Of a stretch of 64,000 nucleotides of DNA, positions 1 to 10,043 are shown piece after piece (positions within the stretch are counted from its first letter, which is position 1; every line of letters begins with the position of its first letter). Below the pieces are notes generated by a model, which searched no databases, was not told where the DNA came from, and saw only the letters and a program-made list of their open reading frames with translations. The translations under genes and the position numbers were made by a program. The DNA comes from a virus: positions 1 through 64,000 of IMG/VR virus record IMGVR_UViG_3300047310_000412; one strand, 5' to 3'.

Positions 1-1038
1 CGCAACGCGGCTGATCTTCTGCTCTTTCAAGAGTTCGATATAGCCGTTGAGCGCGCGGCGGTAGGCGGCGCGTTGCTTGGGCAGCATCGATAGTTCGATG
101 ACGTTCGAACTGACATTGGTGTCTTGGATTTCCGACAGCGACAGCGACATCATCATGTGCCTGAGTTTGCCCTTGAGGATGTCCATCCGGCGGACGTGTT
201 CCTTGCTGCCGGGTTTGGGGAAGACGTATTGCACGCCCCTAAAGGGGAGGAACTGACGGACGCCAAAGGCCTCTTCGAAAAAGCGCCGGGCGGTGCTGAG
301 GCTCTCGCCGCCATCCATCAGAAAAGCCTCGGCCCAAAGCACAAAGGGATCGCGGCCAAACGGTGTACCGGTGAGACCGGCCCGCCAGCGGCAGTGCTGG
401 ACAAGTTCGACGGCGATCTTAAAGCGCAGCGCCTCGTCGTTCATCGCCTTGTGGATCTCATCGATGATCACACAGTCGAAGAACTCGGCTGTAGCCCGCA
501 ATTTCGGATAATCGGGATAGCGCTTATTACGCCCCTTTTTCGCCCCTCGGGCGACTTCCCGTATCTCGGAAAACAGTACCTGTAGCGTGGACCATGTGGT
601 GCAGACCGCGTCGGCCGAGCTTCCCAGCGCGTCGCACAATTCGTCCCAAGCCCCTGGCCCCGATCGGACAAACCGGATGTCGAGCGCGCTGTGAACGCGG
701 TACTGGCTCTCCCACTCATCGATGCCGATCGGGGCGTGCGCGATGATCAGCGCCCGTTGGACTTTGCCTGTCGCCCGCAGGAACGAAAGCCAGTCGAGCG
801 AGAGCTTGGTCTTGCCGGTCCTGGGGTCCCAGTACCACAGCACGCGCTGCGCCCAGATGCCAAAGGCGAGGCCCTGGATTTGCGAAAGTCGGGGAGGGGT
901 GCGGAAGCGGGGTTCCGCACCGTTGGCGATCTTGGCGATCAGATCGAAGCACCAAGTCGCATCTTTCGCCTTGATATCAATCGTTAATTTCGGTTGGGCC
1001 GTGAGGAAGCGATTGATGGCTTCGGGAGAAGTCGGCAT
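1..1038 (-). CDS. SNF2/SF2-family helicase, N-terminal part (runs off the window; absent from the ORF track)
   Basis: Manual translation from ATG 1038 (MPTSPEAINRF...) is open to position 1. It shows Walker A DPRTGKT, DExH box VIIDEIH and motif III GLTGTP. Confidence 0.85.
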   Translation of the reverse strand, partial: MPTSPEAINRFLTAQPKLTIDIKAKDATWCFDLIAKIANGAEPRFRTPPRLSQIQGLAFGIWAQRVLWYWDPRTGKTKLSLDWLSFLRATGKVQRALIIAHAPIGIDEWESQYRVHSALDIRFVRSGPGAWDELCDALGSSADAVCTTWSTLQVLFSEIREVARGAKKGRNKRYPDYPKLRATAEFFDCVIIDEIHKAMNDEALRFKIAVELVQHCRWRAGLTGTPFGRDPFVLWAEAFLMDGGESLSTARRFFEEAFGVRQFLPFRGVQYVFPKPGSKEHVRRMDILKGKLRHMMMSLSLSEIQDTNVSSNVIELSMLPKQRAAYRRALNGYIELLKEQKISRVA

Positions 1039-1278
1039 TTATCCCCGCTTTTCCACATTTTCTCCACATATTTTCCCACAGAGGTCGGCCCGGATATATT
1101 CCGTAGCTTCGACACCATCCTCACACGTGCCGAGCCACACATTGTCCTGGCACCATTGCTGGCCAATGCTCGGGTCCGCGCAGCATTCCGGCTCCAGCCA
1201 GATGCGCTCGGGGCTATTCTGCCGCCATGGCTCGTCGGGGGGCGTTGTCCCCGTCGTCAAACTGTCGTGCGATTTCAT
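1039..1278 (-). CDS. small hypothetical phage protein (start uncertain)
   Basis: Its stop abuts the helicase ATG. PERIWL...WC..W...EYIRAD pattern resembles small phage proteins. Confidence 0.5.
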   Translation of the reverse strand: MKSHDSLTTGTTPPDEPWRQNSPERIWLEPECCADPSIGQQWCQDNVWLGTCEDGVEATEYIRADLCGKICGENVEKRG

Positions 1279-2656
1279 CGGTCACCGTTTTGGTCATGTA
1301 CGTGCTGTCGATACAGAACTGCCCCGTCGCATAGGACTGCGTGATCGTCGCGCTCCATTTATCCGGTGCATTGCGCGCCGCATCGACATATACCCGTGCT
1401 ATACCCAGCCCGCGTTCGTCCTGGGATTGCGAATAGGTCACAGCCGTGTCAACGGTGCCCAAGAGCGACCAGTCCTCCGCGATATGCGTGCCCGTCACCG
1501 TCTTGGCTGTCGCCGACTGGCGGTTGGTCTGCGTCGCGGTAACGAGCGCAATATTGCGTTGCACGGCGATCCCGCGCAGCGCCACGCCCATCCGGCCCAG
1601 CGACAGCCGGTGCTGCCGCACGTCGCCGATATCCATCAGATTGATGTAATCGATGATCAGCATGTGAGGTTTGAAGCCTTCGCTGCGCTCCAGATGATCG
1701 AGCAGATTGTTGATTTGGCCGATCGTCAGCGTGCCAGTCGAGAACTCTTGCACCAGCAGCTTACCCGGTGATCCCGGCTTGCCGGTAAACTGATACGGCT
1801 CGATCGCCTGTGCCAGCGATCCCGGTGTCTTGTCGATAAGCGACACCGTATCGATCTGATCCTTGAAGTCCAGCCGGAACCGGCCCACTGCATCAAAGAC
1901 GAAGAGCGGGACACGCATCGTCCGCGCCTGCTCGACGGTCAACTGCAAGAACGCCTGCGTGTAGCGCTGCTGCGTGATCGTGCTTGAGTTTTCCAGGGTG
2001 ATATGCAGGACATCACTGTGCGCCTGGACCGCGCGGCGGCCAATCTGGATCAGCGCCCATGTCTTGCCGGATTTGCGCGGCCCCATGTGAAGGTAGACTT
2101 CGCCGCGATCGGGATGGATGCCGCGCTCGTCCAGATCATCGATCCCAGAGGAAAATTCGAAGCCCTCCTTCTTATTGAGAAACGAGAACCACCGCTCGGT
2201 CTCATGTAGCCAGACGCCTTGTGGCAACTTCATCACAATACCGGCCACAGCCAGCGCTTCGCGCGCGCCCTCGATGTCTTCGTTATTGAGCGCGTCGTAG
2301 GCCGTATCCATCGACATCATCATCTTGCGCTTGGCGATGAACTTGTCCAGTGCGTCTTGAACCGGCTTGCTCTGTAAACCGGGATGCAGCTTCTCCATGT
2401 TATTGATGATATTGCGTAGGAACTCCCCGTCGCGATGGCGGAGTTCCTTTTCGAGATAATCGCGCAGATGTCCACGCGGAGGCACGCCGTATTTCGCAAT
2501 ATGGTCCAGCGCGAACTGCGCGATACGCTGATATTCCCGTGTCGAGAACATCTCGGCCGTGACCTGCATGGCAATGGTCGGGGCTTGATCAAAGTCCCAG
2601 CACAGCATCGTCAGGACGTTGTCCTCGTGCGCATCTTTCAGTTGTCGATCAACCAT
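1214..2656 (-). CDS. dnaB: DnaB-like replicative DNA helicase
   Basis: Walker A GPRKSGKT, HITLEN, IIDYINLM, ATQTNR motifs. Confidence 0.9.
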   Translation of the reverse strand: MVDRQLKDAHEDNVLTMLCWDFDQAPTIAMQVTAEMFSTREYQRIAQFALDHIAKYGVPPRGHLRDYLEKELRHRDGEFLRNIINNMEKLHPGLQSKPVQDALDKFIAKRKMMMSMDTAYDALNNEDIEGAREALAVAGIVMKLPQGVWLHETERWFSFLNKKEGFEFSSGIDDLDERGIHPDRGEVYLHMGPRKSGKTWALIQIGRRAVQAHSDVLHITLENSSTITQQRYTQAFLQLTVEQARTMRVPLFVFDAVGRFRLDFKDQIDTVSLIDKTPGSLAQAIEPYQFTGKPGSPGKLLVQEFSTGTLTIGQINNLLDHLERSEGFKPHMLIIDYINLMDIGDVRQHRLSLGRMGVALRGIAVQRNIALVTATQTNRQSATAKTVTGTHIAEDWSLLGTVDTAVTYSQSQDERGLGIARVYVDAARNAPDKWSATITQSYATGQFCIDSTYMTKTVTDEIARQFDDGDNAPRRAMAAE

Positions 2657-2666
2657 CGATTATCCT

Positions 2667-3365
2667 TCAGTGGCCAAGTTCCTGGCCCCAAACGAGAACA
2701 TGAAGTTGCGGAAGGGCCGTGCAATTCGCTAGCCGGGGCCGCTTGATGACGGCCTCGGCCAGCCAGTGATACCGCTTGATGACCGCGACGGCGGGCAGCG
2801 CGGCACTAATATCGGTGCCGGCCGAGAGATACATTTGCACGTCGGGCAGGAACCGATGAATACGCTCGGCAAAGTCCAGATCGGCATCGTCAAAGCAGAC
2901 GATTTTAAGCACCATGCGCGCGCGCAACCGGGCAAAATACTTTTGCAGGATCGCCGGATCGAGCCGATCGGCCATCCCCGATGACGGCGGCTTGGGCGAC
3001 ACGGTGACGAGATGGCAGTATTCGAGCCATTCCTGCCAGAATGCTCCCTGAGTTTCCACTGCAATCTTGTAGTCGCTCAGCGGCACCACGACGGCGGTCA
3101 AATCCCAATCGACCGGGTCGCCCCCGGTCAGTGTCACCCAGGGGGCCGGCGCGCGCAGACGGTGAACCGCATCCACGATCTGGTCGGCTGTCATCCGGTG
3201 GGCTTTATGGCTCAAAGCAGGATCGACCGCGTGCATACTGTCACACCAAGTGCAGCGGTAGGAGCAGCCAAACGTCCGGATGAAATGCGAGAGCTTGCCG
3301 GCGACCGCGCCTTCGCCCTGGATCGTCGGGCCGAATATCTCGCGCACCATGATATGGTCGGGCAT
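2667..3365 (-). CDS. queE: 7-carboxy-7-deazaguanine synthase (radical SAM)
   Basis: EIFGPTIQGEG, CxxxCxxC (CSYRCTWCDS), TLTGGDP, VETQG, VSPKPPSSG, LPQLH. Confidence 0.93.
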   Translation of the reverse strand: MPDHIMVREIFGPTIQGEGAVAGKLSHFIRTFGCSYRCTWCDSMHAVDPALSHKAHRMTADQIVDAVHRLRAPAPWVTLTGGDPVDWDLTAVVVPLSDYKIAVETQGAFWQEWLEYCHLVTVSPKPPSSGMADRLDPAILQKYFARLRARMVLKIVCFDDADLDFAERIHRFLPDVQMYLSAGTDISAALPAVAVIKRYHWLAEAVIKRPRLANCTALPQLHVLVWGQELGH

Positions 3366-3556
3366 CAGAGTTCATCCAGTTCTACGATCTGGTAGTCGGC
3401 GTAACCGTTACGGAACTCTTTATTGGCGTCGCAATAAGCAATCGCCAAATCCATATTGGCAAATACTACAATTCCATTGCTATCAAGCACAGCCTCGACC
3501 GGCGCGTCATCGTGAGTATTGGAGCGGTAAAGGATAACGCATTCCAATGACATCAT
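3365..3556 (-). CDS. hypothetical protein
   Basis: 63-aa ORF translationally coupled to queE. Confidence 0.6.
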   Translation of the reverse strand: MMSLECVILYRSNTHDDAPVEAVLDSNGIVVFANMDLAIAYCDANKEFRNGYADYQIVELDEL

Positions 3557-3658
3557 CTATCTCCACACAGGAAGAAATAGAGCCACAATACCGGCTTTAA
3601 CCAATCGCCCCCACCAAAGTGATCGGGGTTTTCCTGGCGAATTTCCTTTATTCGTTCA

Positions 3659-5464
3659 TCAGACAGCGGCGGCGCTATCTTCCGTCTGCTGCCCCACCAA
3701 CCGCGAACCGGTGTCATCCTTAATGATGCACAATTGCTCAACAAAGCCGCTATGCGCGAGCGCGCGGTGATCGCATATCCAGATCGAGCGGTTGCCGGTC
3801 TCAGCACGCGCCCGGAGGCTTTCGAGCAAGTCCTCAACGCCCTGTTCCGATAGCCAAGCTGTCGGTTCGTCAAATACCTCAAAATCAAACCTGACGCCAG
3901 CCCAACGCTGGATGAGATTGGCAAGGCCAAGCGATACGGCGAGCCGCGCCCGTTGGCTTTCCCCTCCCGACATCACGTCGAATTTGCTCTGCCCGGCGGG
4001 CGACGCGACATCGATCTGAACGCCCAGCTTGACCGTCCCAGACCGTGTCTCCGTCGCCGTCTTAAAGACTATACCCCAATCTGGCAGACCAAGCGCCAAT
4101 AAGCTATTGCGCGTTTCCAGACTTAGCTCCTCTAAAACGCGTTCCAGACAGTAAAGGCGAACACGGCGAAAGCCCTGCCGCCAGAAATCAAAGCTCTGTT
4201 GTTGTCTGAGGATATGCTGTTCATCAATTCGCTGTAGCTCCAGCACGTCTTCCAGACGCTGATACTCCGCTACCGCTGCCTGGGCTTGGGCCTCGTAAGG
4301 ACTGGTCTCCTTGGCGAGACGGGTTGCCTCTAGGTCCATACGGTTAAGATCGCGTTGTAGGTTCGCGATTTCCGTCTCTAACACGGCGCGTTCCGATCGA
4401 CGCTGCTGATTGGTCACCGTCGCCGCACGCCATGTCTCCTCGGCCCCGCGCACGGTGCCGGCGGTGGTCTCGATGTCTAGCATGGCATTGGCGATCAGCT
4501 TATCGAGTTCCTCGATGCGCGGCACGGTGCGCTCGGCAAAGGCTTCGACATGGGCGGCGTCGATCGGCTGGTCACACGTCGGGCAATTATCGTTCTCTTC
4601 AAAGAATTTGAAGGTCGCCTCGATCACGCTCATCTCGACATCGAGCGTCGCCTTCGCCCGCACGGCATCGATATTGCGGTTGCGCGCGGCCGACAGTTCC
4701 TGGCTCAGCCGCCGCTCGTCCAACAACTCCAGGGGGTTTTGGTACGCCAGTTCGAGAGCGTCAAGGCGCGCTTCCGTCGCTTCGAACGGCTTCATCAGCG
4801 CCTCGAAGCGGGCCTGCTTCTGGGCCTCCCATTGGTCCTCGAGTTCGCGAAAGCGCTCGAAGTCGCCCAGGCCTTCCTGCTGCCCCAGCGTGCGCTGTAT
4901 GGCCTCGCGTATCACCGTCAGCGATTGGGTCGCCTTGCGGTATTCCTCACCGGCCAGATCGGCGGCCTCCATCCACATTTCCAGATCGAGGACTTCGTCC
5001 AGCAGATCACCACGCGCCGGCACCGGCAGATCGATAAAGAGCGGCACGGCCTGACCAAAGATCACCGAATTGAGAAACCGCGACCGGGTCAGTCCGATCA
5101 GTTCCTCGATCGCCTGCTGATCGACTTGTTCACCGCCGATAAAGACGCGATTAGGCGGTGCAGAGCGCTGGATGGATACCGGCTCGCCGTCGATCGCCAG
5201 CGTCAGTTCGCTAGAGACGTTGAGCTTGCCGTAGGACACCAGATCAGAGGACCGCAGTCCCTTGACCGATGTCCCGTAAAGCACAAAGCAGACGGCGTCC
5301 CAGAGTGTCGATTTGCCAGCCCCGTTCGCGCCCAGCCGTGGCTCGGCGCGGTTGTCACCGGAGATGAGCTTGAGGCCGGCCCCCGTCGTCAGATCAACTG
5401 TCGTTGAGCCAACAAAGGACCGGAAGTTGTTGAGCTTGATCCGCGTCAGACTGATCTGTTTCAT
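3659..5464 (-). CDS. SbcC/Rad50/gp46-like SMC ATPase (recombination nuclease subunit)
   Basis: NFRSF, Walker A GANGAGKS, coiled coil with CPTC hook, signature SGGE, Walker B FDEP; start taken at MKQISL. Confidence 0.92.
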   Translation of the reverse strand: MKQISLTRIKLNNFRSFVGSTTVDLTTGAGLKLISGDNRAEPRLGANGAGKSTLWDAVCFVLYGTSVKGLRSSDLVSYGKLNVSSELTLAIDGEPVSIQRSAPPNRVFIGGEQVDQQAIEELIGLTRSRFLNSVIFGQAVPLFIDLPVPARGDLLDEVLDLEMWMEAADLAGEEYRKATQSLTVIREAIQRTLGQQEGLGDFERFRELEDQWEAQKQARFEALMKPFEATEARLDALELAYQNPLELLDERRLSQELSAARNRNIDAVRAKATLDVEMSVIEATFKFFEENDNCPTCDQPIDAAHVEAFAERTVPRIEELDKLIANAMLDIETTAGTVRGAEETWRAATVTNQQRRSERAVLETEIANLQRDLNRMDLEATRLAKETSPYEAQAQAAVAEYQRLEDVLELQRIDEQHILRQQQSFDFWRQGFRRVRLYCLERVLEELSLETRNSLLALGLPDWGIVFKTATETRSGTVKLGVQIDVASPAGQSKFDVMSGGESQRARLAVSLGLANLIQRWAGVRFDFEVFDEPTAWLSEQGVEDLLESLRARAETGNRSIWICDHRALAHSGFVEQLCIIKDDTGSRLVGQQTEDSAAAV

Positions 5465-5693
5465 TGAGTTCCGCGAACCGTGAGAGGAGAAAGACGGCGT
5501 ATTGCTGAACCCACACACGTAGCGCCGGATTATGTGACCGTTCCAGATGACCCAGGCGGCGCGTCAGTGAAATAGCGATGCCGTTGATGACATCGATCGT
5601 AGTGCAGTCGTCAGGGATGTTGGCGTCGATGATTGGTGACAGTGTGTCTGCTAAATCTATACCCGATCTTGTGATAAAAAGCTGGTCGGTCAC
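5394..5693 (-). CDS. hypothetical protein
   Basis: GTG start just downstream of the tRNA; the longer ORF-track version overlaps the tRNA. Confidence 0.45.
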   Translation of the reverse strand: MTDQLFITRSGIDLADTLSPIIDANIPDDCTTIDVINGIAISLTRRLGHLERSHNPALRVWVQQYAVFLLSRFAELNETDQSDADQAQQLPVLCWLNDS

Positions 5694-5718
5694 GGTAGCC
5701 CCTTCTGTCCCTTCTGGT

Positions 5719-5794
5719 TGGGGTGAGCGACGGGGATCGAACCCGCGCATAACCGCTCCACAAGCGGTCGCGTTACCACTTCGCCACGCTCACC
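5719..5794 (-). tRNA. tRNA-His (GUG) with encoded G-1:C73 and CCA
   Basis: GGTGAGCG...CGCTCACC-CCA acceptor; anticodon arm ACCGC-TTGTGGA-GCGGT; T arm GCGGG-TTCGATC-CCCGT. Confidence 0.95.
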
Positions 5795-5799
5795 ATGGA

Positions 5800-5982
5800 T
5801 TACTTTTCGAGGCGGCAGCGCTGACAGGACCGCCAGAAGCGGCCATGCCGACAGGTTAAGTGACTGCCTTCCTTGAACGGTCGTTGGTATGTCGGCGGGG
5901 CCTTCGATCCAGAGGCCTGCTGGCGTAGTTCCTTTGGCTCATATTGCTCATATTCTTCTTTTGGCCATCGTGTCCCCATCAT
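5800..5982 (-). CDS. small hypothetical protein (C-terminal CxH...CxxC)
   Basis: ATG overlaps the stop of the SbcD-like gene. Confidence 0.5.
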   Translation of the reverse strand: MMGTRWPKEEYEQYEPKELRQQASGSKAPPTYQRPFKEGSHLTCRHGRFWRSCQRCRLEK

Positions 5983-6953
5983 CCCCGCACCGCCTCCAGC
6001 AGATTGACACCGGTCAGTAGCAGTTCCTCTGATATACCCTCGCGCGCAGCAAAGCCGCGCAGGATCGCTTCGGGCGTTTCTTGGCTGTCGAGATTGCCCG
6101 GCGTGCGGACGCCGATAATGACTTCGGTCCCCGCCACGGTGACGCCCTTCTCGCGCGCCCACTGGATGATGCGCTGCTCGGTCTCCCCCCAGTTCTCGAT
6201 CGCCGCCGCGAGACCATTAAAGCGGATTTTGATCTGGTCGCCGTGCCGGACCGTCAGGCTGTCGAGTTCGCCGACATCGCGGATGTCGGCCATCAGCTTT
6301 CGCGGCGGTGACAGGGGAATTTCCATAATGATATTATAGTCATTATCAAGCACCACCATCCGACAGGGGAAACTATCACCAAACTTGATCGGATGCGGTG
6401 CGCCCACATAGACCACATTGCGCACCGTCTGCGGTACATGGACATCACCGGAATAGAATTTCACCGTGCGCGGCAGGATCGGGAAGTTGGAATTTTCCAT
6501 GATAATCCCGTTTTCCACCACCGCGCCGGTCACCGTAGCATGCATAAACGCTGCCTTATAGTCGGCCAGATTTAGATCGGCCCAGTCGGTCTTCGGCCGC
6601 GCGGTGAAGGGCAGCAGCAGATGCGAGAAGAAGGGACGCGGATGCGAGACGTATTCGAAGCCCTGGATCGCGGTAGCGGCAAAATCGAAATAGCTCGGCG
6701 GTGTCATCGCGGTGTCGTGGTTGCCGCGCAGCACCACCAACCGGGCACGGTTGCATATCCGGTAGACTTCATCGAAGAGCCGGTTGATAAAGCGCGCCGG
6801 GAAGCGGTCCTTGCGATCGACCCAGTCGCCCAGAATGAACACGGTCTCGATACGGTACTGGATCACCGCCTGGAGGATATGCTCCCAGATCGCCCAGCGA
6901 TAATCGTTGTCCGGATTGTCATCGAGATGAAAGTCCGTCGCCAGCAAATACAT
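5979..6953 (-). CDS. SbcD/Mre11/gp47-like metallophosphoesterase nuclease
   Basis: TDFH, LGDWVD, GNHD, MH, GDVH motifs; near the SbcC-like gene. Confidence 0.9.
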   Translation of the reverse strand: MYLLATDFHLDDNPDNDYRWAIWEHILQAVIQYRIETVFILGDWVDRKDRFPARFINRLFDEVYRICNRARLVVLRGNHDTAMTPPSYFDFAATAIQGFEYVSHPRPFFSHLLLPFTARPKTDWADLNLADYKAAFMHATVTGAVVENGIIMENSNFPILPRTVKFYSGDVHVPQTVRNVVYVGAPHPIKFGDSFPCRMVVLDNDYNIIMEIPLSPPRKLMADIRDVGELDSLTVRHGDQIKIRFNGLAAAIENWGETEQRIIQWAREKGVTVAGTEVIIGVRTPGNLDSQETPEAILRGFAAREGISEELLLTGVNLLEAVRG

Positions 6954-7171
6954 CAGTTCGACATCCGGTAGCGGATCGATTGCAGATCAGTGATCAACTG
7001 ATCGAGCACCGGATTGGTCAAATGCGCCACAGCCACGTCGGCCTCATAATCCCCCAGGACGATCACCGTCGTCCCGCAGTCCGGGCAAAAGCCGACTTTG
7101 ACCACTTCAGCATCGAAGATGCCGTCATCGTCATCGTCACCCTCGTGTTCGTGAAGCATTGGGTCATCCAT
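6953..7171 (-). CDS. hypothetical protein (CPDC)
   Basis: Coupled 72-aa ORF. Confidence 0.6.
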   Translation of the reverse strand: MDDPMLHEHEGDDDDDGIFDAEVVKVGFCPDCGTTVIVLGDYEADVAVAHLTNPVLDQLITDLQSIRYRMSN

Positions 7172-7802
7172 TGCCTACCTCGTCTCGAACATGTCGTATA
7201 AGCACTGGGCGAGGCGCTCGCGGAATTGGCTGTCCAACAGGCTCGCTAGCTGGTCCGCTGGGGACCAAGGCACGCTGTCTGTCATCGAGATTGCCCCTTC
7301 GCCGGATCAAACGACGGTACGCCGTCGCCGGTTCAAACTGACATACCTCTGCATTCCATCCCGGCAGGATGATCTGCGCCGGATATCGGAACACAGCCTG
7401 TATCGATGTCGTGACCACAACGATCGGATAGAGATTTTGACGGGCGATCAATACCGGAGTTTTATTATACCGTTGCGCGCTTTCGCAAGCCTTCTGCCAA
7501 AAATTCCATAAGACGCCGGTTTGACAGATAAAGCCTCGACCAAAGCCCAGATCGCGAATGTGCTTGCATTCGATAAACAGGTGCTCGGCAAATTCGTAGG
7601 CCTCCTGACTGATCGCCGTCAGATCGCCGGCCTGCGCCATATTGACAAACTCGCGACGAAGTTGCAGCGTCGCCCGGCCGCCGCTCATTGCGCTGCGCCA
7701 GAACAAATCGTCGCGCTCGCCTTCGGAGAGCCAGAGGGACAATCGCTTGCAAACCAGCCGCTCGAAAACCCCCCCTTTGGCTTTCCCCCCGCCGCTCCTC
7801 AT
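7164..7802 (-). CDS. Holliday junction resolvase (PD-(D/E)xK, Hjc-like)
   Basis: GKAKGxxFER, GDL, IECK motifs; next to recA. Confidence 0.8.
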   Translation of the reverse strand: MRSGGGKAKGGVFERLVCKRLSLWLSEGERDDLFWRSAMSGGRATLQLRREFVNMAQAGDLTAISQEAYEFAEHLFIECKHIRDLGFGRGFICQTGVLWNFWQKACESAQRYNKTPVLIARQNLYPIVVVTTSIQAVFRYPAQIILPGWNAEVCQFEPATAYRRLIRRRGNLDDRQRALVPSGPASEPVGQPIPRAPRPVLIRHVRDEVGNG

Positions 7803-8842
7803 GTCGCGTATTTGCGCAGTGGCGGCGTCATAGCTTCCTCGATTTCCCGCCAGCGGGCATGCGTCGCAGCCGACAGTTCCGCGCGCAGCGCGGCCAGACG
7901 ATCAGTGTCGCGAGCGCGGCGGATACGGCTCAGCGCCGCCGGATAGGCATCAAACGCATAGCTGAGGTCGCCCTGATATTTGTTACGCTTTAACCAGTTC
8001 ACCATCGATAACTCGTCATCGACGCCATAGTTGAAAAAGATCGAAATCTCGCCCTCGGCAAAGGCCGGCCCCAGCTTGTTCTTCTTATTCTTGAAGCGCA
8101 CGCGGATGCCCACCGTGCGCTCGACATCGCTCACGGTGCGAACGATCTTGCCGGCCTCGTAGAGCCAGACAATCTGCGAAGCGTAGAAATCCATCGCGTG
8201 ACCACCGGCCCGCGTCTGGCTCTCGCCAAACGTCACGCCGACTTTATCGCGGATTTGCGAGATAAGCATCAAACAGCAATTCGCCTTGGCCAGCGGCTTC
8301 ATCTTCCGGCGGAAGAACTCGCTTAGCATCTTCGCCTTGCGGCCCATCGTCGCCTTGCCCAGTTCCTCGTTGCCCATCTCCTGAGTGTCGGACATCGCGT
8401 CGATACTGTCCACGATGTAAAGCGATGGGCCGGTCGGATGAGCATCCAGCCATTTTTCCAGGTCTTCGAAGAAATCCTCCACGGTCACAGAACCGTGACC
8501 GTTCTCGGTGTCGTCACCGGTAAACGAGACACCGGGTGGTAGGCCCAGCGAATAGGCGTAGACCCGATCGAATGCCGCCTCGGTCTCGTTGTAGCGGATG
8601 TTCTCGGCCCCGTGCAGTCCGCCAAAGTTAATCGCTGCCTCGATCGCCAGCAGCGTCTTGCCAGAACTGCTATCCCCCACGATGTTTACCATCCGCCCTC
8701 GGCCCCAGCCGCCATTGTGACCGAGGTCCAAGAGCGTCGAGCCGGTCGGGAATGTCGTGCCGGCAACCGGCAGGACGGCAACGGGGGCAGCAGCAGCTTC
8801 CGCTGCCGCCTCCGGACGCGGGTTTAATCGAGGTCGGGGCAT
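7799..8842 (-). CDS. recA: RecA/UvsX recombinase
   Basis: TGSTLLD, GDSSSGKT, IVDSID, ISQIRDKVGVTFG, GGHAMDFYAS, KNK. Confidence 0.93.
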   Translation of the reverse strand: MPRPRLNPRPEAAAEAAAAPVAVLPVAGTTFPTGSTLLDLGHNGGWGRGRMVNIVGDSSSGKTLLAIEAAINFGGLHGAENIRYNETEAAFDRVYAYSLGLPPGVSFTGDDTENGHGSVTVEDFFEDLEKWLDAHPTGPSLYIVDSIDAMSDTQEMGNEELGKATMGRKAKMLSEFFRRKMKPLAKANCCLMLISQIRDKVGVTFGESQTRAGGHAMDFYASQIVWLYEAGKIVRTVSDVERTVGIRVRFKNKKNKLGPAFAEGEISIFFNYGVDDELSMVNWLKRNKYQGDLSYAFDAYPAALSRIRRARDTDRLAALRAELSAATHARWREIEEAMTPPLRKYAT

Positions 8843-9832
8843 CTATTTGCGACCGGCAAACCGCTCGCGCAGCGACGCCGCCTTGGACGCTGTCGCGGAC
8901 GCCGCAGCGGGAGCCGGTTCACGCTCGGCCGGCGCTGTCGGGCGCGGACGATCCTGCTCGACATCCTCTTCCTCGGGCGGCTCAGACGGCGGATCACCAG
9001 CCATATCAAAGGGAAGCGGCTGCTCGGAAGCGGGGCGGTTGAGTTGCGGGCGGACCGGGCGCTCGGATTGGGCGGGGCGCTCGGATTGGGCGGGACGCTC
9101 GGATGTCGGCCGGCCGGCCCCGTTGGTAGCTTCACGCATAAGGGGGCGCGGCTCTGCCTTAGGCGACGGTCCGCCGCCTTCGAAGAGGTTTTGGATTTCC
9201 TCGTAATCGCGCACCAAAAGCGTATCGGTCAACGGATGCTTATTGACATATTCTACCCATTCCGCTTCGACCGATGTCGCCCGGCGGGCCAGCACGACGC
9301 CCGTGTATTTGGTGCCGATCCCCTCGCCGTCACGATCAAAATAGACATCGAAGCCCTCCTCGGGGCTATCGATATGATAGAATTTGCCGGTCGTGCGGTC
9401 TTTGCTGACTTTGGTAATAGCCGCATCGAGCGTCCACGGCATCCCCCAGATAACCGGTCCCTTGTCCTCGTCCTTGCGGTCGATAAGCCAGACCAGCACG
9501 CGCCTTGACGAGCGCAGTTCCTTACTCAAATCATCATCGCCACGCTTTTCGGCGAGCGAGCGAGCCTCGCAGATCGGGCAGCGCTCATTAACCATACGAT
9601 ACGGGCAGAGAACGGTCGCCTTGTCCGGTCCCACGCCAAAATGCGTATGGACATCCATCCCGTAATGCGTCGCGCCTTCCCACGTCGGCGGCAGAATACG
9701 GATCGCGTTTTCGCCCTTCTTCAGTGTGTAAAGGCGGTAGTCGTCAAGAATATATCCTTGAAAGCCGCCGCCCTTCTGAGAAGCCCGCTTCTCCCAATCC
9801 TCGTCGGATCGCGGTTTATACTGGAACGCCAT
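8843..9832 (-). CDS. single-stranded DNA-binding protein (gp32-like)
   Basis: IRILPP, H...CP...CPIC zinc motif, acidic/Pro-rich tail; next to recA. Confidence 0.8.
   Translation of the reverse strand: MAFQYKPRSDEDWEKRASQKGGGFQGYILDDYRLYTLKKGENAIRILPPTWEGATHYGMDVHTHFGVGPDKATVLCPYRMVNERCPICEARSLAEKRGDDDLSKELRSSRRVLVWLIDRKDEDKGPVIWGMPWTLDAAITKVSKDRTTGKFYHIDSPEEGFDVYFDRDGEGIGTKYTGVVLARRATSVEAEWVEYVNKHPLTDTLLVRDYEEIQNLFEGGGPSPKAEPRPLMREATNGAGRPTSERPAQSERPAQSERPVRPQLNRPASEQPLPFDMAGDPPSEPPEEEDVEQDRPRPTAPAEREPAPAAASATASKAASLRERFAGRK
9057..9104. repeat. 18-bp tandem repeat (about 2.7 copies) encoding SERPAQ in the SSB linker
   Basis: gggcgctcggattgggcg x2 plus a partial copy. Confidence 0.85.
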
Positions 9833-9847
9833 TAAGTCCTCCTCCCA

Positions 9848-9991
9848 TCATGTGCGTCTATGTGCGTCTTGAATGGACCGCATCACACCCATCGTGACCA
9901 GACGGCCCGCGTAATAGAGAAAGAAGCCGATCAGCAACATGGCGACTACGCCGCCAGCCACGTACAGCAGAAGATGCAGTAGCTCATACAT
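9848..9991 (-). CDS. small membrane protein (47 aa)
   Basis: MYELLHLLLYVAGGVVAMLLIGFFLYY..., hydrophobic; directly behind a GGGGTATA motif. Confidence 0.55.
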   Translation of the reverse strand: MYELLHLLLYVAGGVVAMLLIGFFLYYAGRLVTMGVMRSIQDAHRRT

Positions 9992-10043
9992 GATGGACGC
10001 CCTACCGTTTGGGCTTATATACCCCTAACTGGCGGCATTCCAA

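Noticed and set aside
124-1771. Plus-strand ORFs 124-585 and 722-1771
   Set aside because: Antisense shadows of the SNF2 helicase and DnaB genes, which carry clear motifs on the minus strand.
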